This document shows, piece by piece, positions 8,549 through 17,385 of a stretch of DNA of 40,942 nt. The DNA comes from Acidimicrobiales bacterium (GTDB taxonomy: Bacteria > Actinomycetota > Acidimicrobiia > Acidimicrobiales > Aldehydirespiratoraceae): contig BQJV01000002.1 of assembly GCA_021604885.1 (NCBI GenBank), forward strand, positions 1-40,942, read 5' to 3'. Under the pieces are notes generated by a model. The model was not told the DNA's origin. It worked only from the letters and a program-made list of their open reading frames with translations, and did not search any database. Within the stretch, counting starts at the first letter, position 1; the number at the start of each line of letters is the position of its first letter. The position numbers were made by a program, and so were the translations under genes.

Positions 8549-9949
8549 ATGCGGAAACGAACGCTCGCGGTGGTGATCGCAGTCGTCATCGCGCTCGCCT
8601 CGACGACCGGTGTGGCGAGCTCGGCCCGGCCGACGCTCGCATTTCCCGGCGCCCAGGGATTCGGCGCCTTCACCGAGGGTGGTCGCGGTGGCGATGTCGC
8701 GATCGTCACGACCCTCGCCGACGGCGGGCCGGGGTCGCTGCGGGACGCACTCGCCACCGCCGAGGGTCCCCGGACGATCGTGTTCGAGGTTGCCGGCGAG
8801 ATCGCGCTGGAGTCGCCGCTTCGCATCACCGGGTCCCATCTGACGCTCGCAGGCCAGACGTCGCCGGGTGGAATCACGATCTCGGGCTATCCGACCGAGG
8901 TGGTGAACAGTCAGCACGTGGTGATTCGTCATCTGCGGTTCCGCCCCGGCGACCGCCACGCCGCAGGCGTTCCCGGGAAGCCGGGCCGGGGCAACGCGGA
9001 CCTCGTCGGCGATGCGGCCGATGCGCTGGCGATCATCGGTTCGTCGCATGTGATCGTCGATCACGTATCGGCGTCGTGGAGCATGGACGAGACGCTGAGC
9101 GTGACGAAGTCGTCGAACGTCACGGTGCAACACTCGATCATCAGCGAGAGCCTGAACGACTCCTTTCACACCGAGGGCACCCACGGTTTCGGATCGCTCG
9201 TGCGTGGGACCGGCACCGACGGCTACTCGTTCATCGGCAATCTGTGGGCTCACCACCAGCGACGCATGCCGGCCGTCGGGGGTCAGCAGGACCCGCCGCC
9301 CCCGGGCGAGGAAAGCCAGGGCATCGACATCGATCTGGTCGGGAACGTGATGTACGACTGGATGCTCTTCCCGAATCACGTCCTGCACGAGCCCTATGAC
9401 GTGCGGGCGAACGTCGTCGACAACGCGTACCTTGCCGGCCCGTCACTGGCGTTCTGCGCGTGTGCATGGATCAACTTCGAGACCGACGCCGACCAACTGC
9501 TCATCCACCACTCGGGAAACCGGGTCGACGTGGACGAGGAGGGGCTCCGCGAGATGGTCGACGCAGACATCATCGGCCCGGTCACCATCGCGGCGGATCC
9601 GATCGCGTTCAGTCGGCCGCAGATCGCCCTGAACGCCGACGAAGACCCGGCGATCGCCGTGCTGCTCGGGGCCGGGGCATCGGTTGATCGGGACCTCATC
9701 GATCTGCGGGTGGTCCTGGAGACGATCTTCCGTCGGGGCGGCGTGATCGACTCACAGGAGGACGTGGGTGGCTGGATCGAGCCGGACGTTCGGAATCCCG
9801 AGATCGACCTCGACCGTGACGGCATGGCCGACCGTTGGGAGGAACGGCGGGGGCTCGATCCCACGAACCCCCACGACCACGCGGGCCACGACCTGTCGGC
9901 GCGCTACACGAACCTCGAGCGCTATCTCCACCGACTGACCCGGAGCTGA
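8549..9949 (+). CDS. Secreted pectate-lyase-like polysaccharide lyase (right-handed beta-helix).
   Basis: The start is the ATG at 8549, inside the track ORF. A signal peptide is present (MRKRTLAVVIAVVIALASTTGVASSA). It is followed by AFPGAQGFGAFTEGGRGGDVAIVTTLADGGPGSLRDAL, then RHLRFRPGD and SASWSMDETLS. Confidence 0.65.
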   Translation: MRKRTLAVVIAVVIALASTTGVASSARPTLAFPGAQGFGAFTEGGRGGDVAIVTTLADGGPGSLRDALATAEGPRTIVFEVAGEIALESPLRITGSHLTLAGQTSPGGITISGYPTEVVNSQHVVIRHLRFRPGDRHAAGVPGKPGRGNADLVGDAADALAIIGSSHVIVDHVSASWSMDETLSVTKSSNVTVQHSIISESLNDSFHTEGTHGFGSLVRGTGTDGYSFIGNLWAHHQRRMPAVGGQQDPPPPGEESQGIDIDLVGNVMYDWMLFPNHVLHEPYDVRANVVDNAYLAGPSLAFCACAWINFETDADQLLIHHSGNRVDVDEEGLREMVDADIIGPVTIAADPIAFSRPQIALNADEDPAIAVLLGAGASVDRDLIDLRVVLETIFRRGGVIDSQEDVGGWIEPDVRNPEIDLDRDGMADRWEERRGLDPTNPHDHAGHDLSARYTNLERYLHRLTRS

Positions 9950-9951
9950 GC

Positions 9952-10749
9952 TCAGGCGAGCAACTGCTCGATCACGAGCGCGACGCCATGGTGGACGTTG
10001 GATGCGGTCTCCTCGTCGGCGACGGCCTTCACCATGTCCAGCGCGTTGCCCATGGCGACGCCGCGGCCGGCCCAGCGCAACAGCGTGAGGTCGTTCTGGT
10101 TGTCGCCGAATGCCAACACGTCGTCCGCCGTAAATCCGAGCGAGGTGGCGAGACGCTCGACCGCCGCCCCCTTGTCGGCTCCCGGCGGCGTCAGCTCGAT
10201 GAACTCGACGCCGGAGGTGGTGACGTTCACCTCGTCCGGCACGAGCGGATCCACGGCGTCGACCAGATCCACTCGCCCGATCTCGGGGTGCGCGATGAAC
10301 ATCTTCCCGATCTCGGCTCGTCGATCGTCGGGGAGTCGCCGGGTCGATCGCTCGACGCCGTCCAGATTGACAGGGGAGAGTTCGACGAAGCGGTCATCCC
10401 ACACGACATCGTCCTCGAGCTCGAAGCCGAAGCCGACGTCGCCGAGCTCCCGGCGGGCGGTCGCGACCATCGCGTTGATGGTGTCGGGCGAGAAGACGAT
10501 GCGTTCCTCCATCGTCCGAGTGACGGCGTCGACCCGATGCCCTCCGTTCGACCCGATGAAGTGATGCAGGCGGGCACCGGTCGAAGTTGCGAGATCGAGG
10601 CCTCGGAACCAGCTTCGTCCCGTCGCCGCGCAAACGTGGATCCCGGCGTCGGACGCGGCATTGAGCGCAGCAACCGAGCGCGCTGCCGGTCGATGATCCG
10701 GACCGAAGAGCGTGCCGTCGAGGTCGGTCGCGATCAGTCGTATCGGCAT
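9952..10749 (-). CDS. HAD-IIB (Cof-type) phosphatase.
   Basis: The protein begins MPIRLIATDLDGTLF (DxDGT motif I). A C-terminal AFGDNQND motif is present. Length is 265 aa. Confidence 0.8.
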   Translation of the reverse strand: MPIRLIATDLDGTLFGPDHRPAARSVAALNAASDAGIHVCAATGRSWFRGLDLATSTGARLHHFIGSNGGHRVDAVTRTMEERIVFSPDTINAMVATARRELGDVGFGFELEDDVVWDDRFVELSPVNLDGVERSTRRLPDDRRAEIGKMFIAHPEIGRVDLVDAVDPLVPDEVNVTTSGVEFIELTPPGADKGAAVERLATSLGFTADDVLAFGDNQNDLTLLRWAGRGVAMGNALDMVKAVADEETASNVHHGVALVIEQLLA

Positions 10750-10868
10750 CGCCCCGGGTCTAGCAGAGCGCGCCGCCGCTGCTTCCGGGGTTTCGGCACG
10801 ATCGGCGCATGAGAAGGCCGCGGCCGTGGCAGTTGGCGGTGTGGCGCCATGCCTGGTGAAGTGGCGCC

Positions 10869-13196
10869 GTGACCCTCTCGGACCTTCGCCTGATCGACCT
10901 CTCCGACGGCATCGCCGGCGCCTACCTGGGGCGGCTGTTCACCGACGCCGGTGCGCAGGTCGTGCGGGTCGAACCAGCCGACGGCGCCGCCCTCCGCCGC
11001 CGGTCCGCCGCGCCATTGGACGACGGCGGGACGGGGCCCCTCTTCGCGTTCCTCGCCGCGGGCACACGCTCGGTTGTCGGAGTGCTCGGCGACGACCCGG
11101 TCGAGGGTCTCCTGGCCTCGGCTGCTGCGGTCATCGTGGACGGCTCGACCAGGGCGGCCGACGCGCTCTCGATCGCGGAACGCCACCCGCACATCGTGGT
11201 TGCGTCCATCCGCGCGTACGGCCTGACCGGGCCGTGGGCGGATCGCGCTGCCAACGACTTCCTACTGCAAGCGGACAGCGGTTCGGTGCTCTGCCGGGGC
11301 CACGTGAGCCAGGTGCCGTTCGCCGCCGGCGGGGACATCTTCGAGTGGACCGCTGCCTCCTACGCGGCACCGCCGACGCTGGCCGCGATCGACCGTGCCG
11401 CGCGCTGTGGCGTCGGTGATGTCATCGACGTCTCCATCGCGGAGGCCGCGTCGATCTCTGCGTCGACGTTCGCCGACCTGTCGGTGCAGATGAGCGGACG
11501 CGAGGAACCGCCGTTGCGAAGCATCGAGGCGCCGTCGATCGAGCCGGCGGCGGACGGCTGGGTCGGCTTCAACACCAACACGAGGCAGCAGTTCCAGAGC
11601 TTCTGTCTGATGATGGATCGTGCCGACCTCATGGAGTCGGAGTGGGCGGATCTCCGGCAGCGGACCGCCCGGCTCGATGAATGGAACGCCATCGTCCGGG
11701 CGTGGACGACGCAGCACTCGGTCGATGAGATCGTCGAGCGGGCGAGCGAACTGCGCGTGCCGGTCGCGCGCGTCAACGACGGCGCCGGCGTGCTGGCGGA
11801 ACCGCACCTCGCTGATCGCGAGTTCTTCGTCGACCATCCGGGAGGATTCGTCGCGCCTCGATCTCCGAGGCTCGTGAGCGGTGAGCGGCCGCCGTTGCCG
11901 GGTCCGGTGCCCGCGGTGGGCGAAGCCGACCCGGTGGACCTGGCCGCGGTGTCGACCGCGAGCCCTGCCGCCGGTTCGGCGGATCCGGCGCGCCGGCCGC
12001 TCGAGGGCATCCGGGTTCTCGATCTGACGAGCTGGTGGGCCGGCCCTTCTTCGACGCAGGCGCTCGCCGCGCTCGGCGCCGACGTGATCCATCTCGAGTC
12101 CACGTCACGGCCTGACGGGATGCGGCTCACCGGCCTCATGTTCGGCACGGACGACTGGTGGGAGTGGGGCCACATGTTCGTCGCCGCCAATGCGGACAAG
12201 CGCGACCTGACCCTCGATCTCACGTCGGCGCGGGGGCGCGAACTCCTGCTCCGGCTGGTCGACATGGCGGATCTCGTCGTCGAGAACTTCAGCCCGCGAG
12301 TCATCGAGCAGTTCGACCTCGATTGGGACGTGATCCACGAGCGCAATCCTGCGACCGTGATGGTACGGATGCCGGCGTTCGGTCTGTCCGGCCCGTGGCG
12401 CGAGCGCGTCGGATTCGCCCAGACCATGGAGCAGATGTCCGGTATGGCGTGGCTCACCGGGCATCCGGACGATCAGCCGCGGATCATGCGGGGCCCCTGT
12501 GATCCGATCGCCGGGATGCATGGAGCCTTCGCGGCGCTGCTCGGTTTGCGCGAGCGCGATGCGACCGGCGTCGGCGTGCTCATCGAGTCGCCGATGGTCG
12601 AAGCCGCGATCAGTTGCTCGTCGGAGATGATCGTCGAGTGGACCGCAGCGGGGGCGAAGCTCGAACGGCTCGGGAATCGCAGTCGATTCGCCGCGCCACA
12701 GGGTGTCTATGCGGCGAACGGCGACGAGGAGTGGGTCGCAGTGTCGGTGGAGCAGGACGACGAGTGGGTCGCGTTGGCGTCGCTGCTGGGCCTGGATCCG
12801 GCCGATGCCCCGTCTGCGGCGGCGCGCCAGGAGCAGCACGACGAGATCGATGCCGCTCTCGCCGGATGGCTCGGGGAGCAGCCCGCGCAGGCGGCGGTCG
12901 CAGCGATGGAGACTGCCGGCGTGCCGAGTGTCGTGTGTCGGAACCACGGCATGCTCCGTTTCCACCCGCAGTTCGATGCGCGCGGGTTCTACGAGGAGGT
13001 TGCGCATCCGGCAGTCGGCACGCATCTCATGCCCGGCCAGCCGTATCGGATGCGCGGTGTCGACCGGTGGGTGCGCACGCCGAGCCCGACGCTCGGCCAG
13101 CACAACCGGGAGATTCTCGCGGAGATCGGTCTCGGTGACGATCAGATCGCAGCGCTCGAGGCCGCCGGCGAGATCGGGACGACACCGGTCTTCTAG
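10869..13196 (+). CDS. Tandem-domain family III (CaiB/BaiF) CoA-transferase.
   Basis: 775 aa with two complete CaiB-like modules. Module 1 begins LRLIDLSDGIAGAYLGRLFTDAGAQVVRVEP. Module 2 begins IRVLDLTSWWAGPSSTQALAALGADVIHLES. A Pro/Ala-rich linker (PPLPGPVPAVGEADPVDLAAVSTASPAAGSADPA) joins them. Confidence 0.75.
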   Translation: MTLSDLRLIDLSDGIAGAYLGRLFTDAGAQVVRVEPADGAALRRRSAAPLDDGGTGPLFAFLAAGTRSVVGVLGDDPVEGLLASAAAVIVDGSTRAADALSIAERHPHIVVASIRAYGLTGPWADRAANDFLLQADSGSVLCRGHVSQVPFAAGGDIFEWTAASYAAPPTLAAIDRAARCGVGDVIDVSIAEAASISASTFADLSVQMSGREEPPLRSIEAPSIEPAADGWVGFNTNTRQQFQSFCLMMDRADLMESEWADLRQRTARLDEWNAIVRAWTTQHSVDEIVERASELRVPVARVNDGAGVLAEPHLADREFFVDHPGGFVAPRSPRLVSGERPPLPGPVPAVGEADPVDLAAVSTASPAAGSADPARRPLEGIRVLDLTSWWAGPSSTQALAALGADVIHLESTSRPDGMRLTGLMFGTDDWWEWGHMFVAANADKRDLTLDLTSARGRELLLRLVDMADLVVENFSPRVIEQFDLDWDVIHERNPATVMVRMPAFGLSGPWRERVGFAQTMEQMSGMAWLTGHPDDQPRIMRGPCDPIAGMHGAFAALLGLRERDATGVGVLIESPMVEAAISCSSEMIVEWTAAGAKLERLGNRSRFAAPQGVYAANGDEEWVAVSVEQDDEWVALASLLGLDPADAPSAAARQEQHDEIDAALAGWLGEQPAQAAVAAMETAGVPSVVCRNHGMLRFHPQFDARGFYEEVAHPAVGTHLMPGQPYRMRGVDRWVRTPSPTLGQHNREILAEIGLGDDQIAALEAAGEIGTTPVF

Positions 13197-13249
13197 ACGA
13201 GCGTCGTTCGACACAGCACGAGGGCCGTCGATTTGGGAAGCTGCACCTC

Positions 13250-13975
13250 ATGCCCGACGAACACGATCACGCGCACGGACACATGGTGCATCGGCACCGT
13301 GATGTGCAGGGCGGCGAGGCGCGGGCTGCGGTCTTCGGTGTGAGCGACGGCCTCGTCTCGAACGTCGCCCTCATTCTCGGTATCGCGGGAGCCAGCACGG
13401 ATGGCTCGCTCGTTCGCCTGGCCGGCATCAGCGGGCTACTCGCCGGCGCCGTCTCGATGGCGGCGGGCGAATGGGTCTCGGTGCGTGCCCAGAACGAGCT
13501 CGTCGAACGGGAGATCGAGATCGAGCGCCGGTCCCTCGAGGAGAACCCGGCCGCCGAGAAGCGTGAGCTGGCAGCGATCTACCGGCAGCGAGGTCTGAAG
13601 CCGGAGACGGCCGAGGAGCTGGCCGAGGAGATCATGGCGGACCCGGAGGTCGCCCTCGATGTCCACGCCCGCGAGGAACTGGGTGTCGACCCCGACGGCG
13701 CCGGGCGCCCGTTCGCGGTCGCCGCGGCTTCCTTCTGTGCGTTCGCGGTCGGCGCGATCCTGCCGCTGTTGCCGTGGTTCGTCACCGAGGGCACGGGCGC
13801 AGTCATCGCCTCGGTGATCCTGGGCCTCGTCGGCGCGGCGGTCGTCGGCGGCGCCATCGCCGTGTTCACCGAACGATCGAAGGTCCGCACCGCCGTACGC
13901 CAGGTCGTCGTTGCCGCCGGCGCGTGCACCGCGACCTACCTGATCGGGTCATTGCTGGGCATCTCCGTCGCCTGA
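13250..13975 (+). CDS. VIT1/CCC1 family iron/manganese transporter.
   Basis: The N-terminus is His-rich (HDHAHGHMVHRH). The FGVSDGLVSNVALILG motif and C-terminal TM helices are present. Confidence 0.8.
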   Translation: MPDEHDHAHGHMVHRHRDVQGGEARAAVFGVSDGLVSNVALILGIAGASTDGSLVRLAGISGLLAGAVSMAAGEWVSVRAQNELVEREIEIERRSLEENPAAEKRELAAIYRQRGLKPETAEELAEEIMADPEVALDVHAREELGVDPDGAGRPFAVAAASFCAFAVGAILPLLPWFVTEGTGAVIASVILGLVGAAVVGGAIAVFTERSKVRTAVRQVVVAAGACTATYLIGSLLGISVA

Positions 13976-13989
13976 CCCCCGCCCCTCTT

Positions 13990-14040
13990 CGTTCTGGGTG
14001 AACGGAGGGCCGGAATCCAGCCCTCCGTTCACCCAGAACG
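13990..14040 (+). terminator. Perfect 21-bp-stem hairpin downstream of the VIT1 gene.
   Basis: cgttctgggtgaacggagggc (13990-14010) is the exact reverse complement of gccctccgttcacccagaacg (14020-14040). The loop is 9 nt (cggaatcca). The hairpin begins 15 nt after the stop codon. There is no U-tract. Confidence 0.5.
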
Positions 14041-14143
14041 GATGGGGTTGGGGCCGTTTTCCTCTTCAAGCGCGGCCGCCATTGGGCCGAAGGAACCATC
14101 ACGGCACATGCCGATGGGTTCATGCGGGTCGAGAGAGGAAGCC

Positions 14144-15544
14144 ATGCCAGCGTCGGACACGTTGTCTCGACAGGACGCCGCGCACTTGCTGCGGCGAACT
14201 GGATACGGGGGGTCGAACAGTGAGCTGACGGCGCTCACCGGCATGACCCGGCAGGCTGCGGTCGAGGCCGCGATGGGCTTCACGGCGGGAGATACCACGC
14301 CGGAGGGACCCGATGTGGGCGTGCCGGGGTTCGTCAACAACGAGTCCCAATGGGAAGCCCAAAGCGACGCAATCGAGTGGTGGATCCAGCGCATGGCGGA
14401 TCTTGCCAACCCGACCTCCGTTCCGGGGACCGTGCCGGCGGTCAGCGCTTCGACGCCGATCTGGGAGAAGCTCACCGTCTTCTGGCACGAGCATTTCTCG
14501 TGCGCGCAGGACAAGGTCTCCGACTTTCCCGAGATGTGGGACCAGATCCGCATGTTCCGCCGCATGGCGATGGGCGACTTCGAGGATCTTGTGCGAGCGA
14601 CGTCGCTGCACCCGGCGATGCTCGTCTTCCTCGACAACCAAACGAACGTTGCGAGCGGGATCCAGGAGAATTTCGCCCGCGAGTTGATGGAGCTCTACAC
14701 GTGTGGCGTCGGCAACTACACCGAAGAGGACGTGGTTGCCATGGCTCGGGCATGGACGGGGCACAACACCGTCGGCTGGACGGGTAGTCGCTGGGATGCG
14801 ACCTACGTCTACCGGTCCAACGATCACGACCACGGGCAGAAGACGCTGTTCGGTATCGGCGCGAACTGGAATGGCGTCCAGGTCGGGGGCGGCGAGCGAG
14901 ACACGATCACTGAGCTCGTCCGCGGCGTCCGCCAGCAGGAGACGTCCCGATTCGTCGCCGGCAAGCTCTTCCGCTACTTCGCGCATCTCGACCCGGCGCA
15001 GTCGACGATCAACGGTCTCGGCGACGCCTTCGTGGCGGCCGACATGGAGATCGCAGCACTCGTTCGTGCGATTCTCCTCCACGATGATTTCTGGGGTGCA
15101 GAAGCGCGCCATGGACTGATCAAGACACCCGTTGAGTTCGTCGCCAGCCTCATCCGGCGCTCCGGCCTTCCGGCCGGGGACATGGGGCTCCACTGGAGCA
15201 TGGACCCGATGGGCATGACCCTCTTCGACCCACCGAGCGTCAAGGGCTGGGGTCAAGGTGAGTACTGGCTCGGCACCGTCTCGGCCTGGGCCCGCGGCGG
15301 CTTCGCTCGCGGACAACGCTGGCGGGCTGACCAGGCCGGTCTGCTCGCCGACCTCGAGACGAACCCGGACGACGAGGCCGCCGCCGAAGCGATCTTCGAC
15401 CTCTTCGGACTCGAAGAGGTCTCGGCCACCACGCGCAATGCCGTCGAGCGATGGCACCGGCGCACCTACCAGAACAACCGTTGGGCCGCGGCTCCCCAGG
15501 GCTTCCTTGTGGGCGCCCTGTGCCCCGAGTTCCAGGTCTACTGA
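14144..15544 (+). CDS. DUF1800 family protein.
   Basis: The start is the ATG at 14144, preceded by GAGAGAGGAAG. The protein begins MPASDTLSRQDAAHLLRRTGYGGS, and the LLRRxxFG-type opening is typical of DUF1800. The gene is immediately followed by its usual DUF1501 partner. Confidence 0.7.
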   Translation: MPASDTLSRQDAAHLLRRTGYGGSNSELTALTGMTRQAAVEAAMGFTAGDTTPEGPDVGVPGFVNNESQWEAQSDAIEWWIQRMADLANPTSVPGTVPAVSASTPIWEKLTVFWHEHFSCAQDKVSDFPEMWDQIRMFRRMAMGDFEDLVRATSLHPAMLVFLDNQTNVASGIQENFARELMELYTCGVGNYTEEDVVAMARAWTGHNTVGWTGSRWDATYVYRSNDHDHGQKTLFGIGANWNGVQVGGGERDTITELVRGVRQQETSRFVAGKLFRYFAHLDPAQSTINGLGDAFVAADMEIAALVRAILLHDDFWGAEARHGLIKTPVEFVASLIRRSGLPAGDMGLHWSMDPMGMTLFDPPSVKGWGQGEYWLGTVSAWARGGFARGQRWRADQAGLLADLETNPDDEAAAEAIFDLFGLEEVSATTRNAVERWHRRTYQNNRWAAAPQGFLVGALCPEFQVY

Positions 15545-15555
15545 GAGGTCGACTG

Positions 15556-17385
15556 ATGCGATCACTGATTCGTCCCCGCCGCCAACTGATCCGACCGAGT
15601 GAGGCGGACATCGCGCTCGCCCGCCTCTCGTCTCACCCCGGCGAGTCCGGATTCGCCCGACGCCGCTTCCTGCAGGGCGCTCTCGCCGGCGGTGGCGCGC
15701 TCACCGTGATGCCCAGCGTATTCGACTCGATCGCTGCAGCGGCGACACCGTTGGGACCGAGCGATCGCATCCTCGTCACCGTGTTCCTCAACGGCGGCAA
15801 CGATCACCTCAACACGTTGGTGCCCGCAGAGGACAGCGCCTACCACGCGGCCCGCGGCAACATGGCTGTCTCGGTGGGTAGCGGTGACTCGGTGGGAAAC
15901 GGCCTGTACCTCCACCCGAACCTCGGACGGCTGAAGACCCGGTTCGATGCCGGCCAGGTGGCATTGATCGAAGGTGTGGGCGAAGAAGGGGACGAGCACA
16001 GCCACTTCGAGTCCACCGCCCAGTACTTCGCCGGTAGCGTCGACCTCGGTCCCGATCCGACCGGCTGGCTCGGGCGGTACGCGCAGGGCGCGGATCTCGG
16101 CGAACTCGGTGTGGTTCACATCGGCTGGGGCGGCATTCCGATGTTGCTGAAGGCGGGGCAGACCGGCGCCATCGGCCTGCCGCCCAACGGGTCGTTGTTC
16201 GGCGCCGACCGGTCGGAGAGTTGGGAGCGCTACGCGATCGAGGCAGTCGCTGACTTCGGCGACGGCGGCATCAGTGGCGCGTGGGGTGACAGCGTCGCCG
16301 GTTCCTTCCGCGACGCCGTCGACACCGCTGAGGAGATCTCCCCGGCATACGTCGAAGGCCTCGAGGAAGACGGACTCGCCCGCGAGCTCGGTCTCGCTGC
16401 CGAGGTCGTGAACCTCAACCTCGGCACGAGGATCGTCAGCGTCGGCCTCGGCGGATTCGACCATCACGATGGCCAACGGCCGTCCCACGACGAGCTTCTC
16501 GCCGAGCTCGACGCCGGGATCGACGCATTCTTCACCCGTCTCTCCCCGGCGTTCGCCGGCCGCACCGGCGTGCTGGTGTTCTCCGAGTTCGGACGCCGGG
16601 TCGAAGCGAACTATTCGGCCGGAACCGACCATGGCACGGCCGGATTGATGATGTTCGTGAGCCCGCAGGCCGAAGGGGGACACCACGGCCAGCAGCCCTC
16701 GCTGACCAACCTCGACTGGCGCGGCGATCTGCATCATCATGTCGACTTCCGACAGGTCTACGCGACGCTGCTCGAACAGTGGCTCGACGCCGACGCGACC
16801 GAAGTCCTCGGCTCGAGCTTCTCGCAGCTCAACTTCATCGGCGACGGTTCCGGCAGTCAGTTCTTCGACGTGCCGAGCGGCCAGTACTACAGCGCGGCTG
16901 TTGGTTGGCTGGCCGCCGCCGAGATCACCACCGGTACCGGCCCTGGCGAGTTCTCGCCGAGCGACCACGTCACCCGCGGTCAGATGGCGACCTTCCTGCA
17001 CCGCTACAGCGGCGAGCCCGGTGGCTCACCCTCCGCCGGGTTCTCCGATGTGCCGAACGGCCGCTTCTACACGAAGGCTGTCGACTGGTTGAAGGCCGAG
17101 GGCATCACGACCGGTGTGGGCGGAAATCGCTTCGCACCGGACGACCAGGTGACCCGCGGTCAGATGGCGACGTTCCTGTGGCGGCTCGAAGGAGAGCCGG
17201 GCGGCTCACCGGCGGCCGGCTTCAATGACGTGAACGCCGGTGCGTTCTACGCGAAGGCGGTCGACTGGCTGCTCCATCGCGGCATCACGACAGGCGTCGG
17301 TGGCAACCGGTTCGCTCCGAACGATCCGGTCACGCGGGCGCAGATGGCGACGTTCCTCTGGCGTCTCGCCGGCAGTCCGGTCTAG
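15556..17385 (+). CDS. Tat-exported DUF1501 family protein fused to three C-terminal SLH (S-layer homology) domains.
   Basis: The start is the ATG at 15556. A twin-arginine signal is present (SGFARRRFLQGALAGGGALTV). The DUF1501 core follows (VFLNGGNDHLNTLVP...GGFDHHDGQ...FSEFGRRVEANYSAGTDHG). Three SLH-like repeats follow from about 16861. Confidence 0.8.
   Translation: MRSLIRPRRQLIRPSEADIALARLSSHPGESGFARRRFLQGALAGGGALTVMPSVFDSIAAAATPLGPSDRILVTVFLNGGNDHLNTLVPAEDSAYHAARGNMAVSVGSGDSVGNGLYLHPNLGRLKTRFDAGQVALIEGVGEEGDEHSHFESTAQYFAGSVDLGPDPTGWLGRYAQGADLGELGVVHIGWGGIPMLLKAGQTGAIGLPPNGSLFGADRSESWERYAIEAVADFGDGGISGAWGDSVAGSFRDAVDTAEEISPAYVEGLEEDGLARELGLAAEVVNLNLGTRIVSVGLGGFDHHDGQRPSHDELLAELDAGIDAFFTRLSPAFAGRTGVLVFSEFGRRVEANYSAGTDHGTAGLMMFVSPQAEGGHHGQQPSLTNLDWRGDLHHHVDFRQVYATLLEQWLDADATEVLGSSFSQLNFIGDGSGSQFFDVPSGQYYSAAVGWLAAAEITTGTGPGEFSPSDHVTRGQMATFLHRYSGEPGGSPSAGFSDVPNGRFYTKAVDWLKAEGITTGVGGNRFAPDDQVTRGQMATFLWRLEGEPGGSPAAGFNDVNAGAFYAKAVDWLLHRGITTGVGGNRFAPNDPVTRAQMATFLWRLAGSPV
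16861..17385 (+). repeat. Three tandem coding repeats of about 180 nt each (SLH domains).
   Basis: The three protein repeats are: (1) FFDVPSGQYYSAAVGWLAAAEITTGTGPGEFSPSDHVTRGQMATFLHRYSGEPGGSPSAG; (2) FSDVPNGRFYTKAVDWLKAEGITTGVGGNRFAPDDQVTRGQMATFLWRLEGEPGGSPAAG; (3) FNDVNAGAFYAKAVDWLLHRGITTGVGGNRFAPNDPVTRAQMATFLWRLAGSPV. Similarity is also visible at nucleotide level (gtcacccgcggtcagatggcgac...). Confidence 0.7.

Noticed and set aside
10838-10868. The direct repeat gtggcgcc ... gtggcgcc just upstream of the double CoA-transferase start.
   Set aside because: It is only 8 nt long, GC-rich, and built around the self-complementary GGCGCC. Chance occurrence at this GC content is expected, and there is no supporting context.
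13197-13249. A possible yybP-ykoY (Mn2+) riboswitch upstream of the VIT1-family metal transporter gene.
   Set aside because: The intergenic region is only 53 nt, too short for the riboswitch of about 100 nt or more. I saw no four-way-junction-like pairing.
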